NCBI RefSeq assembly: GCF_041248615.1
Contig: NZ_CP158426.1
Origin: Escherichia coli
GTDB taxonomy: Bacteria > Pseudomonadota > Gammaproteobacteria > Enterobacterales > Enterobacteriaceae
Reading direction: 5' to 3' (one strand)
DNA: 64,000 nucleotides
In this document: positions 56,209-63,098 of the stretch, in pieces
How positions within the stretch are numbered: the stretch's first letter is position 1
Layout of the letters: every line of letters begins with the position of its first letter
Made by a program: the position numbers and the translations under genes
Notes under the pieces: model-generated
What the model was told of the DNA's origin: nothing
Databases searched by the model: none
The model's input: only the letters and a program-made list of their open reading frames with translations

Positions 56209-56364
56209 TCACTCACCTGAGTTTCTTTCCAGCCAGCGACGGGCACCATTTTCGGTTTTAAACGTTTTGCTTTTGGTATACGTCATCGCGGTGAACGTGC
56301 CGTCCTGGTTGGGAAACACGCCGTACACCAGAGATTCGTTGTTGCCAAGATCGATAGTATCCAT
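56209..56364 (-). CDS. ydfA: YdfA-like 51-aa protein
   Basis: MDTIDLGNNESLVYGVFPNQDGTFTAMTYTKSKTFKTENGARRWLERNSGE, read from the internal ATG at 56364. Confidence 0.75.
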   Translation of the reverse strand: MDTIDLGNNESLVYGVFPNQDGTFTAMTYTKSKTFKTENGARRWLERNSGE

Positions 56365-56550
56365 GCTGACCTCATTTCCCCTTAACGCCGGGGTAGCGGA
56401 ACAAAAACCTGCTGCATAGTTATTAAAGTTGAACCCTGCCGTCATGTTCTTACGCCTCGGGCTGGCTACTTAACCCCTGACCACTGCCTGGTAACTCGAA
56501 GTATTGCCCTGCATTCTGTGGGGCGGGGTGGGTTGGTATGAAAAGAAGGA

Positions 56551-56587
56551 TACCCATAGGTATTTAAAAAGTAAATACCCATGGGTA
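56551..56587. promoter_or_regulatory. two operator-like palindromes (OL-type) upstream of the ydfA operon
   Basis: TACCCATAGGTA (56551-56562) and the perfect palindrome TACCCATGGGTA (56576-56587). Confidence 0.5.
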
Positions 56588-56629
56588 ACTTTTTGCGGTG
56601 TCTTAACTGGTGACTAGTTGTTTGGTGAG

Positions 56630-57049
56630 CTATGATGCGTTTTGTGCTTTCTTTTTACGGATTTCTTCGTAGATCATATTGTAATACTGTTTTTTCTCTT
56701 CAAGAGTTTTTAATAAGTTATCCGCTTCACTTTCTGGCAGTTCGTCTAAGAGATCTAAAAAAATACGTTGTCGTGGCGTTAGAACCCTTGTTTCATAACT
56801 GGAGGCTGTGTTCGTTGATGATGAAACGATACCATCCATCCATCCCCGGGGTAACCCAAAGGACTCTTCGATAATCTCCACCATATCATCAGCGATCCGT
56901 TTTTTTCCCTTTTTCCCCTCTGGGTACAACATTCTTGATACATAAGAAGGCTCGCGCCCGATCTTTCTGGCCACGTTAACCGCTTTACCATCGCATTTCT
57001 CATCACGAATTTTGATGAGTTGCTGTCGTCTAAATTCATATTTGTCCAT
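56630..57049 (-). CDS. CI/DicA-type prophage repressor
   Basis: 139 aa with an N-terminal HTH (AVNVARKIGREPSYVSRML). It is divergent from the cro-like gene and flanked by operator repeats. Confidence 0.7.
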   Translation of the reverse strand: MDKYEFRRQQLIKIRDEKCDGKAVNVARKIGREPSYVSRMLYPEGKKGKKRIADDMVEIIEESFGLPRGWMDGIVSSSTNTASSYETRVLTPRQRIFLDLLDELPESEADNLLKTLEEKKQYYNMIYEEIRKKKAQNAS

Positions 57050-57069
57050 AGGTAAATAATAGATGCGAT

Positions 57070-57120
57070 TACCGCAAGGTAAACAACCTGTGGGTATTGA
57101 CTTTTGTTTACCTGCGGGTA
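57070..57120. promoter_or_regulatory. three operator-like sites (OR-type) in the divergent repressor/cro intergenic region
   Basis: TACCGCAAGGTA (57070-57081), AACCTGTGGGTA (57085-57096), TACCTGCGGGTA (57109-57120). They share TACC-N4-GGTA half-sites with the 56551/56576 sites. Confidence 0.55.
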
Positions 57121-57149
57121 TTCTTTACTGTGTTTACTAAGGAGTAGCT

Positions 57150-57431
57150 ATGGAAGAATTAAGAATATTTCTCAATTCTCTTTCGTCAGATGAACAGCGT
57201 ATGTTTGCATGCGAGTGTGGTACCAGCATCGGTTATCTAAGAAAGGCATTGAGTAAAGGTCAAGTGTTAGGGGCATCGTTATGTGTCCTTATTGAGCGAG
57301 CCAGTAATGGTGAAGTTACACGTCAGCAACTAAGGCCTTTTGATTGGATGAATATTTGGCCCGAGCTGGAAGATACCAAAACGTTAACACAACCACTTTC
57401 TAGGAGCTTGATTCATGAAAATCAAGCATGA
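57150..57431 (+). CDS. Cro/YdaS-like HTH protein
   Basis: 93 aa with GGAG upstream. CGTSIGYLRKALSKGQ HTH-like segment. First gene of the rightward early operon. Confidence 0.65.
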   Translation: MEELRIFLNSLSSDEQRMFACECGTSIGYLRKALSKGQVLGASLCVLIERASNGEVTRQQLRPFDWMNIWPELEDTKTLTQPLSRSLIHENQA

Positions 57432-57840
57432 ACACATCCGCATGGCGATGAATGCCTGGGCGCATCCGGACGGTGAAAAAGTTCCGGCAGCTGAAATAAC
57501 CAGGGCTTATTTTGAACTGGGTATGACGTTCCCAGAACTGTATGACGACAGCCATCCGGAAGCCCTGGCTCGCAATACCCAGAAAATTTTCCGCTGGGTA
57601 GAGAAAGACACCCCTGATGCAGTTGAAAAAATTCAGGCGTTGTTACCAGCGATCGAAAAGGCAATGCCACCTTTGCTGGTGGCCAGAATGCGCAGCCACA
57701 GTTCAGCTTATTTTCGGGAACTGGTGGAGACGCGGGAGCGACTGGTGAGAGACGCTGATGATTTTGTCGCAGTGGCAATCGCCGGTTTCAATCAGATGAA
57801 CCGTGGTGGCCCGGCAGGAAATGCTGTGGCAGTACATTGA
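57415..57840 (+). CDS. YdaT-family protein (CII-position regulator)
   Basis: 141 aa: MKIKHEHIRMAMNAWAHPDGEKVPAAEITRAYFELG.... This matches the Rac YdaT family as I recall it. Overlaps the upstream gene by 17 nt. Confidence 0.7.
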   Translation: MKIKHEHIRMAMNAWAHPDGEKVPAAEITRAYFELGMTFPELYDDSHPEALARNTQKIFRWVEKDTPDAVEKIQALLPAIEKAMPPLLVARMRSHSSAYFRELVETRERLVRDADDFVAVAIAGFNQMNRGGPAGNAVAVH

Positions 57841-57911
57841 CTGACAATAGCCATATCGAATCGCTTCCGGCAACTCGTGAGGAAAAAGATTCGGTATCAG
57901 AAGAGGTGAGT

Positions 57912-59000
57912 ATGGCTAACGCCTGGCTCAGATTATGGCATGACATGCCAAATGACCCTAAGTGGCGAACAATTGCCAGGGTGTCAGGGCAGCCAATTGC
58001 AACAGTGATGGCAGTGTATATCCACCTCCTGGTGAGCGCGTCACGAAATGTCACGCGAGGTCACATTGATGTCACGACAGAAGATTTGGCAAGTGCGCTC
58101 GACGTGACAGAAGAGGTAATTGATTCAATTTTGCAGACGATGCAGGGGCGGGTACTTGATGGTGATTTAATCACTGGATGGGAAAAACGCCAGGTGCTTA
58201 AAGAGGACAACGGCAATATTTCGCAAACCGCAAAATCTCCTGCAGAGCGCAAGAGGGCGCAGCGAGAGAGGGAAAGAAAGCGGGAACAAAATGGCGATTG
58301 TCACGGCGCGTCACGAAATGTCACGCACATGTCACGACGAGTCACGACAGATAAAGATACAGATAAAGATACAGATAAAGATACAGATACAGATCAAGAA
58401 GATCAAAACACTATGGTCCATGGCGTAAAAAACGCCACGAACCAGGCAGGGGATGTTCAGACCGTCAATCTTGGTCAGCCAGCAGGCACGACACCGGAAG
58501 CCGATTCAGCGTATGCGCTGAAAGCCGATTCGGGCGCTGTGCAGCAGGTGATGACCGCAAGGCCGGAGCAATCACACCAACTGCAGCAGCCTGAAGCCGA
58601 TTCCGCCATTCAGCGGGAAGCCGATCGGGTAGTCCCGGAAAACACCGGGCAGCCTGTGGGACGAGTAGATTATCCGGATGTGTTCGAACAGGTCTGGCGG
58701 GAATACCCGTTGCGTGCTGGGGCAAACCCGAAGAAATCCGCTTTCAGTGCTTGGAAGGCCAGATTACGCGAGGGGGTGCCACCAGAGGCCATGCTGGATG
58801 GTGTGAGGCGTTACGCAAGATACCTGGCGGCTACCGGGAAAACGGGAACGGAATTTGTTCAGCGAGCGACGACGTTTTTTGGACCGGACCGGAATTTTGA
58901 AAACCCCTGGTTTCTCCCGGTAAGCAGTACGAACAACCAGCGTTGTGTGAATCATATTTCTGAACCGGATACCGAAATTCCACCGGGCTTCAGGGGGTAA
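57912..59000 (+). CDS. phage replication initiation / replisome-organiser protein (O-like) containing the putative origin
   Basis: MANAWLRLWHDMPNDPKWRTIA... is an N-terminal organiser-type winged helix. GAGGTG lies upstream of the ATG at 57912; the tracked ORF starts at TTG 57837. Internal iterons are present. Confidence 0.7.
   Translation: MANAWLRLWHDMPNDPKWRTIARVSGQPIATVMAVYIHLLVSASRNVTRGHIDVTTEDLASALDVTEEVIDSILQTMQGRVLDGDLITGWEKRQVLKEDNGNISQTAKSPAERKRAQRERERKREQNGDCHGASRNVTHMSRRVTTDKDTDKDTDKDTDTDQEDQNTMVHGVKNATNQAGDVQTVNLGQPAGTTPEADSAYALKADSGAVQQVMTARPEQSHQLQQPEADSAIQREADRVVPENTGQPVGRVDYPDVFEQVWREYPLRAGANPKKSAFSAWKARLREGVPPEAMLDGVRRYARYLAATGKTGTEFVQRATTFFGPDRNFENPWFLPVSSTNNQRCVNHISEPDTEIPPGFRG
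58036..58390. repeat. iteron clusters plus an AT-rich 12-bp tandem repeat inside the replication gene (putative ori)
   Basis: Nine GTCAC(G/A) motifs in two clusters (58040-58076 and 58300-58346). An identical 21-mer GCGCGTCACGAAATGTCACGC occurs at 58036 and at 58306. (AGATAAAGATAC)x3 plus AGATAC at 58349-58390. Confidence 0.6.
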
Positions 59001-59040
59001 GTGTGTATTTCTGGTCATGAGGTAATTTTCAGGAGGGCTT

Positions 59041-59463
59041 GTGGCAAAAGTTTTTACACAAGAAGAGCGGGAAAAAATTAAAGGGCAGGTTCTTGAACTC
59101 GTACGCCAGAGTGGGCGCGAGACGTTACGACAACTGGAAGCTAAAACTGGGGCAACAAGATATCTGATGAGCGTTCTGGCCAGAGAGCTGGTTGCCAGTG
59201 GCGATGTATACAACTCTGGTTACGGGTTATTCCCGTCTGAACAGGCGCGTAAGGACTGGCAAAATGCCCGTAAAAAGCTCTCAAGGGCAAAGCTGAAGAA
59301 ACCATCTGCGGTTGATCCGGACCTTATCTGGTCATTACCTGATGGAGAAATACGTCGTTACGACAGGCGTCATAATATAATTTGTACTGAGTGTCGTAAA
59401 AGCGAAGTTATGCAGCGGATATTGTCGTTTTATCAGGGGGATGTTCGGTATTTTTTGAAGTGA
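59041..59463 (+). CDS. hypothetical phage protein (possible winged-helix)
   Basis: 140-aa ORF with AGGAGG 5 nt upstream of a GTG start. No family recognised. Confidence 0.55.
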   Translation: MAKVFTQEEREKIKGQVLELVRQSGRETLRQLEAKTGATRYLMSVLARELVASGDVYNSGYGLFPSEQARKDWQNARKKLSRAKLKKPSAVDPDLIWSLPDGEIRRYDRRHNIICTECRKSEVMQRILSFYQGDVRYFLK

Positions 59464-59701
59464 CGAGATTAAAGTGCATTAGTTCAGATGTAAATTGACA
59501 TTTTGTGGCACAGGGTAGAGCTAGCGTGGTTGTCCGCTTTGTGCCAAAAGCAGACATTGATAACATTGAGATATGTTAATTTATAGGGAGCAGCTCAAGG
59601 CCCACTGGAACTTCCAGTTTTTGCCCCTGAAACCGTTCCCAATGAGCACTTCCATCTGAAGACTGCGCAGTCTTAGTTTTCGTTGCCTTTAGTTTATCCC
59701 T

Positions 59702-61036
59702 TTATGATACCGATAAAAACTTTGTTGCAATTTCTGCTGCCGTTTTCTCCATGCTGGGATATACAGTGCTTTCGGATATATTAAGCTGCGCCAGCTCTTC
59801 CAGAATTTTATTTTTGTTCGCTATCTCCACTCTGTTAAGAGGAAACTCAGCATCTGTTTCCGGTAAAATGGGATCAAGTCCGAACAGAAGAAAAGCTCCT
59901 GCCTGAGATTGTATGCGTTCATTATTTATTTTAGCCTTAAGGAAAACAACTTTCCTTAAGTCATCAGGAATTATTCTGTTTCTGAAATATGATTTTTCAT
60001 TCTGTATAAGGTCTGCAAGTTTATCCGTGAGTTCAGATAACTCCATATTACCTTTTCTGGAATCAGAGGAGGACAATTTTTCCAACTCTTCGTAAGATAA
60101 AAGTGATAAGTTTGCTATACAGCTCACTGTATCTGAGTCGAAATATTTAATTTTCTTTCTATTTGTTGAAAACGAAATCACCTGTCCGTTTTCATCGGGG
60201 TTCGAACAGCAAGCAAAATATAATGCTATCAGTGGGTTAGATGTAATGTCTAAGAGTCTTGTAGGCAAGCCATAATGCTGCATGCGGACAAGTTTATCAA
60301 TCGTAAATTTATCCTCCTTAAATTCATTTGGTCTTGCGCTGAGTATTTCACGTACTAAATCAGATTCTGAAGCAAGATGCCTGTACGTCCCGTTTTGATT
60401 TTTTCTGTAAAGAGAGGGGACAAGCTCATATGAGCTTTTAGAGTGTCCACGATAAAAGGTAATGAGACCATCACGAAAGTTTTTCTTTATGAAATTAAGA
60501 TAATCTATAATATTCTCGACTACTGGGTATGTTTGTTTTTTTAATTTGATTGTACCTTTCAGTTGGCTATTTTGTTTGTTTAAACCAAGTGATTCCAGAA
60601 CAATATTTAAATCCTTATTTTTTACTGCCCAATGTGTACGACTTAACCCGAAAGATCCTAGCCCTAGGGTTTCTTTATATAATGTCGTTTGGGGATTCGT
60701 TATTTCTCCAAAATTATGATTAATCTTGAAAGAAAATAAAATATCGCCACCATCTTTACGTAAGTTTCTTATTTCCCCAAGTCTGATCCTGATGTACTTG
60801 TTTGTATCATATTCATCATCTTTTGTATAAGTTTCGGTCATGAACAATACTGGTAGCTTGGCGAGTTCTCTTAAGGTATCGGGTCTTATTGGTGTTAATT
60901 TACTGTAAATATCGCTTGGGGTGCCTTCCAGCATGCGGGACATCGAGAATCTTTCCTCGCCTTCTTTAAGCCCAGGGTCCATACACGGCCAGCGGTCAAA
61001 AACGTCCGGTTCTCCGGCCATGATTAAGCTAAACAT
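59702..61036 (-). CDS. FRG-domain protein with an unrecognised ~190-aa N-terminal domain
   Basis: The TFYRGHSKSSYELVPSLYR and MQHYGLPTRLLDITSNPLIALYFAC motifs are diagnostic of the FRG domain. 444 aa, low GC, antisense to the phage early operon. Confidence 0.8.
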   Translation of the reverse strand: MFSLIMAGEPDVFDRWPCMDPGLKEGEERFSMSRMLEGTPSDIYSKLTPIRPDTLRELAKLPVLFMTETYTKDDEYDTNKYIRIRLGEIRNLRKDGGDILFSFKINHNFGEITNPQTTLYKETLGLGSFGLSRTHWAVKNKDLNIVLESLGLNKQNSQLKGTIKLKKQTYPVVENIIDYLNFIKKNFRDGLITFYRGHSKSSYELVPSLYRKNQNGTYRHLASESDLVREILSARPNEFKEDKFTIDKLVRMQHYGLPTRLLDITSNPLIALYFACCSNPDENGQVISFSTNRKKIKYFDSDTVSCIANLSLLSYEELEKLSSSDSRKGNMELSELTDKLADLIQNEKSYFRNRIIPDDLRKVVFLKAKINNERIQSQAGAFLLFGLDPILPETDAEFPLNRVEIANKNKILEELAQLNISESTVYPSMEKTAAEIATKFLSVS

Positions 61037-61830
61037 CGCAATCTCCTAAATTTACTTGCTAAAGTCAGTGTACTTTTATCATGTTGCTTCATTGTGTATG
61101 AAAGTAACATTGGTTGTCCATGCTCGTTTGTCTCTCATAATTCACAAATTTGCGAATATTTTTTATAAAAAATTCAAAACAGATAGGTTGACACAATCAA
61201 AATTCACAAAGGGCACCTGCTTCTAATGTGGTTACGGCCCGATCATACGGGCAATGTCTTTCCATTATTGAAAACTCCGGGATCAACCATGATATATGAA
61301 GTCTCTTGCTATCCAGTTAAGTAAATGTCTGCTTCTCGCTCAAAGCGGGCTAGAAGGTTAGCTTGCGTCGGACTTGGCGTATTTAAAGAAGTGCTGGTGG
61401 TGACAGGTTATTATGTTCCATTTCTACAGAACAAAATCACAGAAACTATACCCAATAGTTGTATTGAATCACTGACGAGACATCCTCATATTTATCAGGA
61501 CTGGTGTACGTCCAATACAGGAGGTTGTGGTGCTGGTTCTCAAATGTGCGCTGGCTATTGCTGCTGTAATGGCAATTTATTGCCTTGCTGTTGTTCTTAT
61601 GGATCGCCTTTCTGATTGATTTTATATTGGCGAGGTGACGTGAGTTAAGTAGAATTGCTGCGGGTGCTTGAGGCTATCTGCCTCAGGCATGAACACCAAA
61701 GGCAGATAGAGAAAAGCCCCAGTTAACATTACGCGTCCTGCAAGACGCTTAACATTAATCTGAGGCTCAATCTATGAACGGCAAATCTAGGTTAGCCTCT
61801 TACGTGCCGAAAGGCAAGGAGAAGCAGGCT

Positions 61831-61986
61831 ATGAAGCAGCAAAAGGCGATGTTAATCGCCCTGATCGTCATCTGTTTAACCGTCATTGTGACGGCACTGG
61901 TAACGAGGAAAGACCTCTGCGAGGTACGAATCCGAACCGGCCAGACGGAGGTCGCTGTCTTCACAGCTTACGAACCTGAGGAGTAA
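61831..61986 (+). CDS. hok: Hok-family type I toxin; the overlapping in-frame mok-like reading frame starts at 61774
   Basis: MKQQKAMLIALIVICLTVIVTALVTRKDLCEVRIRTGQTEVAVFTAYEPEE (51 aa). The upstream leader resembles the hok mRNA 5' region. Confidence 0.85.
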   Translation: MKQQKAMLIALIVICLTVIVTALVTRKDLCEVRIRTGQTEVAVFTAYEPEE

Positions 61987-62129
61987 GAGACCTGGCGGGG
62001 GAGAAATCCCTCGCCACCTCTGATGTGTCAGGCATCCTCAACGCACCCGCACTTAACCCGCTTCGGCGTTTTTTCCGTTGATTAACTCTAGTTATTAGAG
62101 AACCGAACTTTTATTGATGGGGCAGGGAG

Positions 62130-62522
62130 ATGAAGAAACTTGTTTTAGTCGCAGGTGTAATGATTGCAACAGTAATGTTGGGAGGGTGTGCAGCAAAGGT
62201 CGATCCAGCGTTGAAAGCAGAAGCAATGAAGCCACTAACATGTAATGATGAAAAGCAATGTGACTTTTATTGGAAACGAGCGCAATTCTGGTTGGCTAAT
62301 AATTCCTCATGGAAAATTCAAACGGCGACAGACACGCTAATTTCCACTTATAATCCCTCTCCAAATAGTCCATTCCTCGCTTATCAAGTGAGTAAAATGC
62401 CAAATGAAGATGGATCCTCAAGAATTTTCATCAAGCCTTTTTGCGATAATATGTTTGGCTGTCAACCAAACCCCTATCAGGCAGTTGTTTCCTTTAAAAA
62501 CTTCGTTAAAACAGGGCAGTAG
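62130..62522 (+). CDS. prophage-encoded lipoprotein (moron)
   Basis: Lipobox LGGC at residues 17-20. GGGAGA upstream of the ATG. 130 aa with four further Cys residues. Confidence 0.7.
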   Translation: MKKLVLVAGVMIATVMLGGCAAKVDPALKAEAMKPLTCNDEKQCDFYWKRAQFWLANNSSWKIQTATDTLISTYNPSPNSPFLAYQVSKMPNEDGSSRIFIKPFCDNMFGCQPNPYQAVVSFKNFVKTGQ

Positions 62523-62720
62523 TGTATAGCTTGGACGATAAATTATTAGTGAAAACGCCGTAAACCCTCACCCAATGTGGACTAAGCCTATCAAACATGA
62601 CTGTGATGATTAGTCCGTAGTTGTTGCCTATGAAATCTGGATTGAGTCAGGGTTTAATCCAATAATTATTCTATCGTTCCTTTACAAGTCTGGTATATTA
62701 CTTTCAGTTTGTTTTAGCAT

Positions 62721-62746
62721 ACCCGCTTCGGCGGGTTTTGTTTTTT
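62721..62746 (+). terminator. rho-independent terminator
   Basis: ACCCGC-ttcg-GCGGGT stem-loop, followed by TTTTGTTTTTT. Confidence 0.7.
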
Positions 62747-62818
62747 CCTGGCATTCTGGTTTACAATTCGCACGCCAGCCTGAACAACTGGCACCTGCTG
62801 CGCCAGCAGAGACAACCG

Positions 62819-63097
62819 ATGGCGCACGATACCAAATTACACAATTCTGATGATTCTGCCGTCTTTGCCAGCAGGCACGGGCGACGTTCCCGCACTTTCA
62901 AATCTGACTGGTTCCAGCATGATCCATGTACTGAAGAACAGGCCGAATGGCTAATTCATAACTATCGCAGACGCGGATACGAGATTAAGAAAGCCCTCAG
63001 CCTCGATTATCGTCACTGGATAATCTATGTCAGGCTCCCTTATTCCGAACGCCCACCGCGCCCATCCCGCACATACCAGCAACGGATCTGGAGGTAA
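62819..63097 (+). CDS. hypothetical phage protein
   Basis: 92 aa from MAHDTKLHNS.... The tracked ORF starts at 62738, inside the terminator. Its stop abuts the next gene's GTG. Confidence 0.45.
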   Translation: MAHDTKLHNSDDSAVFASRHGRRSRTFKSDWFQHDPCTEEQAEWLIHNYRRRGYEIKKALSLDYRHWIIYVRLPYSERPPRPSRTYQQRIWR

Positions 63098-63098
63098 C

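Noticed and set aside
56003-56212. Tracked 69-aa minus-strand ORF between ydfC and ydfA
   Set aside because: It is in the wrong frame. The frame starting at ATG 56207 gives the 42-aa YdfB-like protein, with proper spacing to the ydfA stop. The 69-aa translation is basic and low-complexity, and it overlaps ydfC.
59464-59701. Non-coding gap with hairpins (TGGCACA..TGTGCCA around 59503-59545; AAGACTGCGCAGTCTT around 59665-59680), considered as a possible tRNA or sRNA
   Set aside because: No cloverleaf can be drawn. The second hairpin, with its downstream T-rich run, is adequately explained as a (possibly bidirectional) terminator between the convergent 140-aa gene and the FRG gene.
61325-61615. 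96-aa ORF with a Cys-rich C-terminus (CAGYCCCNGNLLPCCC) that superficially resembles a RiPP or microcin precursor
   Set aside because: There is no RBS at its ATG. No maturation, export or immunity genes are nearby. The Cys run arises from GCTGCTG-type DNA that reads as a clean transmembrane helix in the adjacent frame, and that frame does have a perfect AGGAGG. I kept it only as the competing frame in a finding.
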